DNA of 64,000 nucleotides from Hydrolagus affinis (lineage: Eukaryota). The notes beneath the pieces were generated by a model. The model did not search any database. It was given only the letters and a program-made list of their open reading frames with translations, and was not told where the DNA came from. Positions 11,731-23,747 of this stretch are shown here, piece after piece. The position numbers were made by a program, and so were the translations under genes. The stretch covers positions 62,001 to 126,000 of the forward strand of contig JAAILG010000050.1 of NCBI GenBank assembly GCA_012026655.1. Direction: 5' to 3'. Position 1 is the stretch's first letter. Every line of letters begins with the position of its first letter.

Positions 11731-12512
11731 TTGAAATGTATTCCATTCAAAGAACCCACTGTTTATGTTCATCTTTTACCCTCGTACACACACACCCCTC
11801 CCCCCCACCCCCCATCCCCCCCACCTCCCCACCCCCCGCCCGCCCAAACTGGATCTCAGTGTTCTGCTTTGGAATATCACAGAAAGTACCGATAAATTGC
11901 TCGCTCAGCCGTCAACACAATGAAAAGACGGCATTACAATGTAGCGTCCATAACCTGTTATTCCCTTTCAATGAACAATGGCCACCCACCCCGCACATTC
12001 TGTCTGTTCCCAACAGAAAATTCGCGATCCGCTCGATTGTAAGTACAACCACAGCCACAAACCACAACTTCGGTTTACAGAGAGTCCTCCACGCCGCGCG
12101 GCGTCTCGGAGCGCTGGATAAGCACAAATAAGTAAAGGGCCACTTGTCAAATCCGGGAAAAGTAACGAGAATTCAAGCAAAAAGTACGAGAAACACAATA
12201 CCAGGCAGCTCACTCCGGAGTACAGAGATTAACTTGAAAGATGTGAAAAAGAAATAAGTACAATCGGCAAGTCTCCCTAATCCTTTCATAATCAGCCTGG
12301 CTCAGCGTGGCTCTGAGTCGGCAGGTTCTGCGTTCAAAAACGCTATATCAAATACTGAGGATTATTATTTATTCTTATTATTTCGGGTGGTAAAACTCCA
12401 CTGCACATTTATTTGCCCCCCCCCCCACCCCCACCGTTTCTGTCCCTCCTCCTGCAAGAGCAATTTATTTCAGTCCCACTTTTCCGCACTTTCCATATAT
12501 TCCTGTATCTAA

Positions 12513-12824
12513 GAATAATGATAATCCTTGCAATTTGATCTAGCGCTTTTCACATCTTATCGACGTCTCAAAGCGCTTCACAGAATATGCTGTAAAGTGA
12601 ATTGATTGTATATTTGTGGGTGAAACGCGACAACCAATTGCGCACAGCAGCGTCCCCCACAGACAGTCGTGGGTTGAAATGACCAATTTTTATTCTTGTG
12701 TTTTTTGGGGGGAGCGGATTATTATTAGGCGTGTGGAGTAAGGAAACTTGCCCAAGGTTTCACCCTGATCTGCCTGGATTCAAACACACGCTTGCAAGGC
12801 GAGTGCTCTAACCACTGAGCTACA
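12513..12824 (-). mobile_element. DeuSINE, near full length
   Basis: Same family as 5491-5843. Confidence 0.85.
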
Positions 12825-13441
12825 TGATATAGCGCAATAAAGGCCAAAATAATGTAAAACACAAAGAAAAAATTGGCATTGAGTTACAGATCGTAAGAAC
12901 ATAAGAATTTGCTGGCGACAGAAGACCAATGTCCGTCTAGTTCTCCTTCCTGGCAGTCGCCTTGACATGTCATGTCCCAAACTATACATTGCATCCTGAG
13001 ATATTATTTTCTAGCCCGGCTAAGCTCTAAGGTACGAGTTAGGTTCCAATGTACTTAATTGACTTATTTTCCAAATAGTTCATTCCCTCTGGCATGGGCT
13101 GCTCTCAAAAGACACGTACCAAATGAGCGAGGCTTAGGGAATCGCGGAAAAGGCTTCATGGCTCACCCGAAAATGCAGAAACGATTTGCCCGATAATAAT
13201 CGGCCAACGCAGCCAGCTAGCTGGGTTTTGTCACAAAGTGATTGAGTTCAGCAGAACATGATGTAACTGCCTCAGCAGATTCCTTTAGTTCCTGTTCTTT
13301 CTTGTGTGCGTAGAACTCCTAGCAACATAATCAAGAGTTCCAATAACCCCCCACAAGAAGAAAAACAAGATACTTTCTTTTTTTTAACTGGAACTGATAG
13401 ATAACCAGTACTTGACAGGCAGAGAGAGAGTTCCAGTCGGT

Positions 13442-13447
13442 TATAAA
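13442..13447 (+). promoter_or_regulatory. TATA box of the lipocalin/ORM gene
   Basis: TATAAA 66 nt upstream of the ATG at 13508. Confidence 0.7.
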
Positions 13448-13507
13448 TACTCGCGCTGCTTCGCGTTGCCATTCGGTTACAACCGCGGCAACAGACGAAG
13501 AACAATA

Positions 13508-13618
13508 ATGGCTGCTCCTCTCCTCGCGTTCCTCTCTGTGGCTCTGGCCGGGTTCCTCGGTGCCACTTCACAGGCCTGTAAGTTGGAACCAGCAAACATT
13601 GACCTCGCCAACCCGAAG
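13508..13618 (+). CDS. ORM1: Orosomucoid (alpha-1-acid glycoprotein)-like lipocalin exon 1, signal peptide (MAAPLLAFLSVALAGFLGATSQACKLEPANIDLANPK)
   Basis: Kozak ataATGG, hydrophobic signal peptide, donor AAG|gtaaga, 111 nt phase 0. Confidence 0.85.
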
Positions 13619-13679
13619 GTAAGAGGAATTCTAAACATCGCTTAAACCTTCTTCCGCCTTGCATTGACTGCAATAAATA

Positions 13680-14170
13680 GTAATAACCCTTGCATTTTTG
13701 ATACAGTGCTCCTCACGTCTTCTAGGCCAGTGGTTGTCAACCTTTCTCAGTAGTGTACCCCTCGCTCATTTTCAACATTATCGTGTACCCACCACCCAAC
13801 CACATAGACACACACACCACCACCTCCATTCCATTTGCATTTTATGACCAAGCTTTCCGTATATAATAAAACAACTAGCAACGTACAAAACGAGGGGAAT
13901 AACAAATATATCATTTGTAAGGCTATAAAACGCTAAATAAGAGCTAAATAAATCAATGTACCGCCATCTGTACCCCCTGGAAGAAATTTGGTAGCCCCCC
14001 TAGGGTACATGTACCCCTGGTTGAGAACCGTTGTTCTAGACTGTCTCAAAGCGGTTCACAGAGACTGTAAAATGAATTGACTGTATATTTGTGGGCGAAA
14101 CGCGGCAGCCAATTGCGCACAGCAGCGTCCCCCACAAACAGTCGTGATTTGAAATGATCAAGTTATTATA
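13680..14170 (-). mobile_element. DeuSINE 3' half, split by a hAT MITE
   Basis: Tail consensus CACGTCTTCTAG|ACGTCTCAAAGCG is interrupted at the TCTAGA site. Confidence 0.8.
13728..14033. mobile_element. hAT-Charlie-type MITE
   Basis: TIRs CAGTGGTTGTCAACC / GGTTGAGAACCGTTG; 8-bp TSD TTCTAGGC / TTCTAGAC; subterminal GTACCCC repeats. Confidence 0.85.
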
Positions 14171-15280
14171 GTTTTGCTTTTTGTAGCTTCTGTCTCTCCA
14201 ACCACGTCGGGGCAATAATCAGGGTTATTGCCTGATTAATAATGAATGAATGGGAGACCGACTGTCCCAAAGGTGACGGGGAGAATGGACAAACATTGTG
14301 AACTCGTCACAGAGAGATGTTCGTAGAACGTGTTCACAGTGAGATTCAATGTCGGACAACAGTAAAGCAAATGTCAGTGGAACAAAAGGGAATGCGTGTA
14401 CCCCTCTGAATTCGCTGGAGAAATTCCTAATACAGCAAAATCTAGCAGTGGAACATGTTTAAAATAAATAAGAGATAGGGCACAGCTGCAATACATTCAT
14501 ATTGGGAGAAAAGCAGCGTCCCTCAGGTTCCACGGTTATACAGGGGGATTGGAACCAAAAGTAGTTTTAAAATGTAATCAAGATGATGCAGAATTAGGAG
14601 ATATGTTATACACATATACAATATATACTTTTAAATCATAATTGCTCTCAGCCGCTCTCTTTCCATGCTGTTAACTAATCGAGGTCAGAATCTGTCAGTG
14701 ACAATTACTCCAGGTCAGTACACTGCATGGGAGGAACTACATAAATGCGTTATTATAATACTCGAGGCGTGAAATCACTCGTGACACAGTTATCATACAT
14801 TACCTTGTTTTTTTTATATGCCCCTGAGCCACTTGGGAGAGAAGTGAGCTGTATGTTTTTTTTTCTAATCATTATTGATAATTAAAACGAGCATAAAACG
14901 AATTTCAGTTATAACTTCTGCCTCGGCCACTTTTGGACTCGGTTTGTAAGAATGCACCATTTAAAATAGCTGAAGATATTGAAGCCAGAGCAAGTTTTTT
15001 TAAAAAAAAACTGATCTTGTCAAACTGCTTACAAAGTCAACAAGGAATACTGTACTGGCTTCGATATTTCACTTGCACTTTTCCAGAACACAGGCAAGAC
15101 AGGCAATGCAGTAATACCGTGCTGGTTCTACTGCATTATTTCTTTTTATGATTATAGTCTGACAGTAAAAGATTTTTAATTTCCAAAAAAATGTATGCAA
15201 AAATAGTTTTTTTTTTTTTAAAAATCCCTAAAGGATCTTTAATAATTGCGATAATACATCTTCTCTTTTTCTTATTGCAG

Positions 15281-15423
15281 ATAGCTGGAAAATGGTATTT
15301 AATACAAGTAGCTACAGAGGTGGAGTTGTATCAGAAACGGTTTGCAAGCATGGACAATATATACCTCATAAGCACTCCGGACGTCCAACTGAACAAAACA
15401 AACATAAAAGAATTCAGCCGCAT
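15281..15423 (+). CDS. ORM1: ORM-like lipocalin exon 2 (IAGKWYLIQVATE...LNKTNIKEFSR)
   Basis: Lipocalin SCR1 motif G-K-W-Y; 143 nt, phase 0 to 2; ttgcag/gtaggt. Confidence 0.9.
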
Positions 15424-15499
15424 GTAGGTCACATTTATTGCCGAATGCGTAAGAGTGCAAGTCTGGATTCAAAAAGTTCCCAATTTAATAATTGTAATA

Positions 15500-15819
15500 A
15501 TAAATCATAATAATCCTTGCATTTGATATAGCACTTTCCACATCTTCTAGATGTCTTAAAGCGCTTCACAGAATATACTGTAAAGTGAATTGACTGTATA
15601 TTTGTGGGTGAAATGCGGCAGCCAATTACACACAGCGGCGTCCCCACAAACGGCCGTGGATTGAGTGACCAAATTATTATTGTTTTTTTTTTTGAGAGAT
15701 CATTATCAGGTGTGTGGAGTAAGGAAACTTGCCCAAGGTTTCACCTGAGCTGCTTGGAATCGAACCCAGGTCTCTCACTTGTAAAGCGAGTGTTCTAACC
15801 ACTGAGCTACAGGACTCCA
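15500..15819 (-). mobile_element. Full-length DeuSINE
   Basis: Same family as 5491-5843. Confidence 0.85.
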
Positions 15820-16027
15820 TCTAGGCTAAGAATGGCTACGTAGAAAACAAGGCTAACACCCATAAAACTGTTCAGCAAGTGCATAGGAATATGGGAATAG
15901 GAAGAGGCCATTCAGACCATCAAACCTGTTCCATTTAAGTGAGTGCCAAGGGAGAAAAGGAAGGTTGAAAAGTGGTGGGGAGCGGGGGAAAGAAGTGGAG
16001 CGAATAAACTATTTTTTCTTTGCCTAG

Positions 16028-16098
16028 AGGAGACTCGTGTTTCTCTACAAATACAGATTATATTGTGTCAGCGAATGGGCTGGAATTTACGGATGAAG
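16028..16098 (+). CDS. ORM1: ORM-like lipocalin exon 3 (GDSCFSTNTDYIVSANGLEFTDE)
   Basis: 71 nt, phase 2 to 1, cctag/gtaagg; conserved lipocalin Cys. Confidence 0.85.
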
Positions 16099-16254
16099 GT
16101 AAGGAGCTTTCAAACTGCATTTTTTGTTCCAATAAGCAGAAGAAATAGCAACTTAAAGTAAGCCAAACTCCCAGTGGGCTGATCACTGGCAGATCGGATC
16201 ACAGACAAATAAATACAAGTTACTAAAAAAAAATAGGAAACATGACTGAACAAG

Positions 16255-16497
16255 CCGGAAGTTGAATTAACTGTACATTTGTTGAAATAACTGTACACGG
16301 CAGCCAATTGCGCACAACAGTGTCCCACACATAATCATGGATTGAAATGACCAATTTTATTATTGTTTTTTTTTTTGGGAGGTGTGCGTGTGGAGTAAGG
16401 AAACTCGCCCAAGGTTTCGCCCTGACCCACCTGAATTCGAACAAGGGTCTCACGCTTGTAAGGCGAGCGCTCTAACCACTGAGCCACAGGAGCTCCA
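16255..16497 (-). mobile_element. DeuSINE lacking its tail
   Basis: tRNA-like head and core present. Confidence 0.8.
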
Positions 16498-16607
16498 CAA
16501 ATAAATAAGATTAATAACCTCTCCTGCACAGAATTGACTTGCTTGCTGTTCTAGAATGTTTTGAAGGGTACCGTATATTAATATAATAACTGCCTTGCTC
16601 CCACAAG

Positions 16608-16715
16608 CCATGAACACCAACTTTCAGATCATCAAAATGAAGATGGACAACACCATGATCATTGATTATCGATATCAAATCGAGAAGAAGGACTATCACA
16701 TGCTGGCTCTTTTCA
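16608..16715 (+). CDS. ORM1: ORM-like lipocalin exon 4 (AMNTNFQIIKMKMDNTMIIDYRYQIEKKDYHMLALF)
   Basis: 108 nt, phase 1 to 1; AAG acceptor keeps the frame, donor gtgagt. Confidence 0.8.
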
Positions 16716-17212
16716 GTGAGTGATCAACGCAGCAATTCTCTACACGCAAATTTCTCGATCGAGCTCTACCATTTCGCAGACACCATCACAACGTGTGAGA
16801 AAATAGCTGACCGGTAGCTTAATTAGCGGACAAAGGCAATCACATAATAAACCCTGTCTAAAGCTAACTAAATTTTCTCCTAAAACGGATTCTCCAAAAC
16901 ATTAGACAACTTACTTCACTGTAGGGTGAGAATCTGCTCCCAAGTTCAAAGCGACTGGAGTTATCCAGAGATAAGCTGTTGACGGGGCTCTGCTTTTCTC
17001 TTGTGAAACTGAACAGAAAGTGTTTGGGCCAATTCAGTTGTGAATATGAGAATCATCACAGCTGGGCCCTATCTAGTGCCCTCAACAAGGGTGGGGAGGT
17101 CATTAGGTAATGAACCAATGAAGGAATCCTGAGTGATTTATTGTTGCTTTTCTGTGCAGAGAGGTACAAAAGCTGGAATGTCCCACCCAATATAACTGAA
17201 CAGTCACTACAC

Positions 17213-17253
17213 TAATCTTTGCATCTGATGTGCTACATCAGATGCAAAGATTA
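17213..17253. repeat. Perfect 19-bp inverted repeat with 3-nt loop
   Basis: TAATCTTTGCATCTGATGT-gct-ACATCAGATGCAAAGATTA. Confidence 0.95.
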
Positions 17254-18060
17254 CTGCTGTTGTTACACTAATTAATTTTGGCCTTCCTGGATTAACCTAA
17301 TTCTAGGATATTTCCATATTGGCTCATGGAGGCACCTATCCCAACGTCCCCTTTAATGATGTCCACCGTTCTTTGGAGAAAATCGACCGCTAACACATTT
17401 GCAAAGTACAGTTCGCCAGAACACAAACAGCATTAAATGTTGGAACAAACTGTACGAACGTCCACCTGAACAAGCAGATGGGACCTGGTTTATAATGTCT
17501 TTCCCAAAGGACGGCACTTCTAAACATTGCAGCGCTGCATTGGAGTGCCAGCCCAGATTGAGCTCAAAGTCTTGGACGCACAACCTTCTAGAGATGAGCG
17601 AGCCATGTGTATTCTAGATGGTCTAGTACCTATCCTACACGAAAGGGCTATATAAATCCCTCCTCCTTCCCCCTTCTCTACCCTTTTTCAAGTCCCCTCC
17701 CACACTGCTCGGAGTGAGCCTACACCGTGTTAAGCACTCTGAGACGCTACCCTGTGTGGAGGGTGCTATATAAGTGCAGGTTGTGGTTGTACAAATGTTA
17801 GTTTATTGTTGCTGTTGTTAGAATTGGAATCAGAGGGATAGGCAATGAGAGAGAGATATTCAGAGCCAGAATCTTTTTTTAAAAAGTACTGTACATAGAA
17901 ACTCAGAAGGAAAAAGTCAAGAGAGATCAGAAGGTAAAGAGAGATACGCAGAGAGTCAGAAAGATGTAGACGGGAGGGCAGAGAGAGAAGAACCGGCACA
18001 GTGTAGCACTTTTGTGATAGTTCGTTAATTGTTGATGAGAAAGTGTAAATATATTTACAG

Positions 18061-18164
18061 AACGGAATCCAACCGCATCCAAAGAAGAGATGGACGTCTT
18101 TGAAAGCTACACAAAATGCCTCGGATTAGAGAAGGATAAAATCAAAGCATTTCCTCAAACCAAG
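18061..18164 (+). CDS. ORM1: ORM-like lipocalin exon 5 (KRNPTASKEEMDVFESYTKCLGLEKDKIKAFPQTK)
   Basis: 104 nt, phase 1 to 0; ttacag/gtttgt; SCR3 (L-F-K-R), helix and CLGL. Confidence 0.85.
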
Positions 18165-18656
18165 GTTTGTTGCTAAACATGAATCCTCCACATTTGAGAT
18201 GTGCGGCTGTCCAAATATCTACTTGTAACGCTCCACAGCCAAGCGCTTTGGGACGCTACCCTACGCGAGGGGCGCTATATAAATGGAAGTTGTCGTTTGT
18301 TGTAGCCGGAACCCTCCTCTTCTCAAGGCTTCACCATCTGGGAAGTTTGTTTGCGAGATGAGGATTGTGTGTGGTTTTGGCCTCTGTTTTTTATCTCTTC
18401 CTTCAGGAAATATTGAGTATTTGCTACCCACATCCTTGGCTATCATCTGCTATGCTGCTATGTTGGGAAACTGCACAATACATTACAGCATACAATAGCA
18501 ATGCGTTAATGCTCTAAACATTATTATCTTGCGTATGTTCAAGTCATTTTATTCTTGATTCAAGGTTGATAATCAGAGGAGGTTGCACTGATAGCTTACA
18601 TAGTGATAGCAAGATTGCATTTGCGTTTCTAACCTGTTTTTTCCTTGTTCTCTCAG

Positions 18657-18680
18657 AGCGAGTGTAAAGAAGAAAAATAA
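18657..18680 (+). CDS. ORM1: ORM-like lipocalin exon 6 (SECKEEK*)
   Basis: Long polypyrimidine tract, ctcag acceptor, terminal Cys, TAA; total CDS 561 nt = 186 aa. Confidence 0.82.
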   Translation, partial: SECKEEK

Positions 18681-19204
18681 AGAAACTCATTTAATGTTAC
18701 AACACAAAGCACCAAGATGTCAAAGAAGAAAAAAGCTTTGCTTCATAGAAACACCTGGACCTGATCAAGGCAGAACTGACTGAAGCACAAAACAATTGCA
18801 ATTAGCTCACAGATCCAGAATTTTTAAACTGTCCGGGATTTACTTACTTACTTACCTTCATCAATTCTGGCTCGTTTTCAATATCTAATTTGCTTTCATG
18901 TGGCAAATAAGTTTTAAACGGAATTAAATTTCATCAGCTAGTTTTCTGCTTTTTAAAATTCATTCTATGGTTTTGTGCAACAAAAAAATAATTTGCATTG
19001 TTTCAATGAATCTGCAAAACTCATTTGGGGATTAGATTAGCGTTTCAGTTTTCGGCAATGAGTGTAACAATGGCATAATCATACAAAACAATAAATAATG
19101 ATGTGAATGAACAAGAATTCCATTCATTGCCTACAAAATGGCAATATGATGAGAGATAAGCTGTATATCCTGATAAACAGGATATAGTGAGAAATATAGG
19201 CTAA

Positions 19205-19320
19205 TGGTGTTTCACCCACAAATATGCAGACAATTCACTTTACAGTATATTCTGTTAAGTGCTTTGAGGCGTCTCAAAAATGTGATAAAGCGCTGTATCA
19301 AATGCAGGAATTATTATTAC
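19205..19320 (+). mobile_element. DeuSINE 3' fragment
   Basis: CACAAATATGCAGACAATTCACTTTACAG...AAGCGCTGTATCAAATGCAGGAATTATT. Confidence 0.75.
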
Positions 19321-20528
19321 TGTATTATTAATTTGCATTTTGGAAATCAAATACAATAATCAGCTCTCTGTATTCTTTCGAACATTATTCATTGTATCCA
19401 TTCAAAGAAAGGTTTGCCAACACATCCTACACTACAGTTTACTAGTCCCTAAAAAAAAATCAGTAGTTTGTGGGAAGACAAGCTGATGTGAGGAGTATGG
19501 AAGGAAATTCTGGAATGTTAATTCGGAACATCCAACCAGTCTGATTTGGTTTCAGGAATCGGTCCAAATCCTTTAGTTTATAGGCTCTGAAAAATATTAC
19601 TGCTCTGTAAACTTGTGCAAATATTCAGCAACCACTTTTTTTTTTTTAAAAGTGAAGTGAGGCCACCTAGTGAAAGCAGAACAAACTGCTAGATTAACAT
19701 TGAGAAGCACAGTTTTAAAGAGAACCCCCCCCCCCCCCCCCCACCTAAATCCAGAGACTATTAAACACAGGTCGGTGCTTAATTGAGCACAAGACAATGC
19801 TGCAACGTTACTACAATTCCCGAGGCTGGCAGAACTGGAGAAACTTGTTGGGAATAATGGCTGTATTTCACCGATGAATGCATCTGTTTTGGAATCTTAA
19901 GTGTCCTTGCTCAGTTTGCTGCTGAACTCAAGGCTGGGACACCAATGTGGGAGATGTTCCCAGAAATCAAGAGACTTGTGGTCACTTTTAGAGCCCAGAA
20001 TATTCATCCTCTCAACCAGAACAAGCTTCAGACACAGAGATAGCCTCCACTTGTTCCTATCCAAGATACAAATAAAATAAGTTGGATTCTGCTCCAACAG
20101 TAACTTAGGTTTTAAGTTGACGTTGCAAAGCGTATGAGCGATATCAATAAGTAACTTCTTCTTTTGTTAAGCTTTTGAGTGCTTTGAGACGTCCTTCCAA
20201 CCTGAAAAGCACTATATAAAATGAATAGTGGAGTCCCGTAGCTTAGCAGTTAAGAGCACTTGCCTCGCAAGCAAGAGACTTGGGTTTCCCCCAGGGCTCT
20301 TGGACCTGTCGACTGAGTCAGTCCCACCCTCCCCACCTGTTGTCCATGGGACTTTTGAGCTGGGTGGCCCGAGTCAGTCCCACCCCACCCCCCCGTCGTC
20401 GTCGTCCATGCACCGACAAATAAATTTGTGATAGGCTTTGCTGGTTGTGTGGCCACTCTACAAATATATACTGTACATATTTTTAAAAAACACACACAAG
20501 ACATGTAGGTTTTGTTCGAAGAGAGAAA

Positions 20529-23500
20529 TTTATTAGAAGACTGTTCCCTATTTGAACATAAATATGTTACGGGGCTGAGGCTCAGTCTTTCACTACAATA
20601 ACACTAAACGTACAACATTGCTTGCATTGATTCTGCACAACTTGCATTCATAATTTTAGAAATGGACAGGAAATTTTAGAGGCTCTGCTCTAAAATCCTC
20701 AACATAAATTACCTTAATTTAGTTGTGAAATTAAGGCTCCAGATGAAGAGCAGCATTACAAGACATTCAGATCCATTCTACTGGAGAAACTGCACCACTG
20801 GCCATTCTCAAAACCAACAGAAAGAGAGATACAGGTTCGACTCCAATCGGAAATCACACATCAGGATCTGCAGAGGCACTTTCATATTGTAAGGATTTCT
20901 TTTTAAAAAAAAAGTCAAACTTTACAGGCCCCCAAGGCAAGGTCTTTACGTATTCGTAGTTCACATTCATCGACTAACTTTTTCAAAATATAAATCAAAC
21001 ACTTTTTTTTCACACCTTCAGAAATGAAGCACTGATTAAATTGATTGACATTTTATAACGAGAAAATAAAACTTACAATGAGAAACATCGCTGGTCCCAC
21101 CAAGATAAAAATTGAAAATTAATTCTGCCTACCCATTCATAAAGAAAGCTACCTATGTAAACACAAAACTAATGAATCTTCCCCAAGTGGAATTGCTCCA
21201 AAGGCAAGCTTGCAGCAAATCACAAACATCAATACTGACCACCAAGTACAGTATTGCTATTCCTGCAAACACTGTTTTCTGGATTTAGGATGCACTATAT
21301 GTTTTGTCTTCAGCCTGAAGCTGAATAAATGTCTTAGCCCAGGGACAAAACTGGGGCACCAGCGTCTGTGCAGTAAAATAGAACAAACAATCCAGTGACC
21401 ATGACTGACTCCAAGGTTCATCTTGTTAAGTCCAGAATTGTTTAGTGATTACAAACATGTTATTCAAAACTTCAGTTCACACACCATTTACATTTAATAA
21501 ATTCCCCAAAATAAATATATAAATTAGGAAAACAGAACAAAGTTAAGGTTGGAAAACAAATGATAGTGTACACAATAGTAATATTATGTACTGCGCGTTA
21601 TTCTAAAACAAGAAATCATGAAAAGGCAGCAAGTTGTGTTTAGTTCAAGGCAGGAAATTTGGAAATGTTCTCTTTAAAACAAATCACAGCAAGATTTAAC
21701 TTGCTGGAATGTAGAAGCAGCTGATATTTTAAAAACACACTAACAGTTATTACAAAAGGACTTTTGCTCAATTGTACCATCAATCTCACAACCTAGAATT
21801 CTAACATACAAATGTACAAGGAACTGTCTCTCTAATAGAACACAAAATGACTATTGAAAATTGCAGTTCTTCACACTTTTATATTCATGGCATCTGGTCC
21901 CAAACACTACCATCAGAACCCGCCCCGCAGATCACACATTTTCAACTCCTAATTTCTTTTACAAAAAAGAAACTCCATAAAGTTTCAGTAAACCAGAAGT
22001 TACAATCTCTGTACCTGCACCCTGGGGCTTCTCAGCATCTAACAACACTATTTCATCTCATCTTCCATTACCCCTCCCAACATAAATCGATTACAAACGT
22101 CTCCAATTAAAACAGACTGTAGCCGATCAGGTTTATTCACAGGCAGTCTGAATTTTTCATGCTTTGTTATAGATCAAAACAAGTACATAAGCCAGGCAAG
22201 AGCATATTTGCAGCACTAGTTAATGTAATCTCCCAGGCTGGAATGCCATAGAACTGTCAGTCCCGAATATATCCCGAACAAAAGTGAAAGGAAATCTTTT
22301 GACTGCTCTAAAACTTGTAATGCTTTTTAGAATCAGAAATGAGTTACTGCTATTGTTATGAAAGCTCTGAATCTGTGAATATTTCAGATGTTGAAATTAA
22401 TTATTTGTAATTTATATCACCATTTTTTTCCTCTCCAGCAAAAACATTCCCGCAGAGAATTTCTAAATTATATTAGATTACTATTATTATTGTTCTTGTG
22501 CATTGCAGGAAAAAGTTAGTATGTACAGTACATCTGGTTTTATTCCTTCCACTAACCATTCTACATATACAGAGAAACAATTTGGGAATTTAAAACAATA
22601 TCTACATGTCAAAATTGCATTTACTCATTTTAAGCAGTTTTAGAGACAGTAGATGTTTTGCAGGACTTTGAAACCCACACAAATGAATACTATTGTTTAA
22701 CTTTCAGGGTGGGCAAATGACCAGAACAATAATAATAATAATAATCCTTGCATTTGATATAGCGCTTTTCACGTCTTGCAGATGTCTCCAAACGCTTTAA
22801 AATCGGTCCTCATTCAGATCACACAGTTACTAATAAATAGCTGTTAGCATTTGCAAGGTGTATAAAAATAAATAATTTAACCCCTTTTGAAATGTAAGAT
22901 CATCTTTTAGGTTTCTACAATAAACAGTTGACCACCTGTCCAGCAAAATGTGAGAATGATTTCTAAAAGCTTCATCACCCAATAGTGGGTTTAATTTCAC
23001 CCCTTTATGGTAATTAACAGAATCTTATATAGATCTAAGATTTGGTTCTTTCACCAGAGACTGAGCTTCCACTATTTGAAATTCTAAGCCTTTCCAAAAA
23101 CCTGTAAACAATAAATAAAATAAATATTCAGTTTACACTGAAACTGCATGATAAAATCAGAACTGATAATAAAATTAACCAATAATGATAATGATATTTC
23201 TGGAAATATGCAAATGTTATAAGAATGAGAGGTTCTCTTTGTTACTAAAATGTATAAATAAACAGTAATGTTTGCTGAAGCTTTTTGCTGTGGATCTTGT
23301 GTTTGAAGCCAGAAAACTCAAAAGCTGTATCTCTGTTCCATTTCTTTTTTTGGGGGGTTGGGGATTGGGAGATCCTTAAACCTTTCTAAAAGTTACATTT
23401 GGATTTCTTAGGATTCCTCCCAAGTTGTTAATGACACGTGCAACTGTGTTCTTTTACAAATAAAGATGCTATTCTAGCGGCCATTCTGGGCAGTTAATAG

Positions 23501-23747
23501 CTAATGATAAAATAAAGTGGTGATAAATAACACTACGCAAAATTAGTCCTTCAAGAGAAAGGCCAGCACTGAGATACTGAAAAATGAAAGGCTACCTCGA
23601 GAGAAAGAGTATTGACTTGTTTGCTTGGGGAGTGGTCCCTTTAACCCTCTATCCCCTTAAATAGTGTTTTATGACATTCACAGAATGAGATGGTTAAACC
23701 CCAGGATTATTGCCCAAGATTAGCTTCAGTCAGTATTCTTTGCCTCA
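20529..23747 (-). other. Probable ~3.2-kb SLC25A25 3' UTR; candidate AATAAA (minus) at 20529-20534 and 22132-22137; AU-rich tracts near 23110
   Basis: Repeat-poor A/T-rich sequence downstream of the stop; hexamers seen directly. Confidence 0.5.

Noticed and set aside
16621-16627. Stronger-looking acceptor CTTTCAG inside ORM exon 4
   Set aside because: Would shift the frame; the AAG acceptor at 16606-16607 gives the 108-nt in-frame exon
13508-18680. Alternative identity as LCN2, C8G or PTGDS (human LCN2 is near SLC25A25)
   Set aside because: The phase-0 fifth intron, exon sizes, four-Cys pattern and adjacency to COL27A1 fit ORM better; phylogeny is still needed
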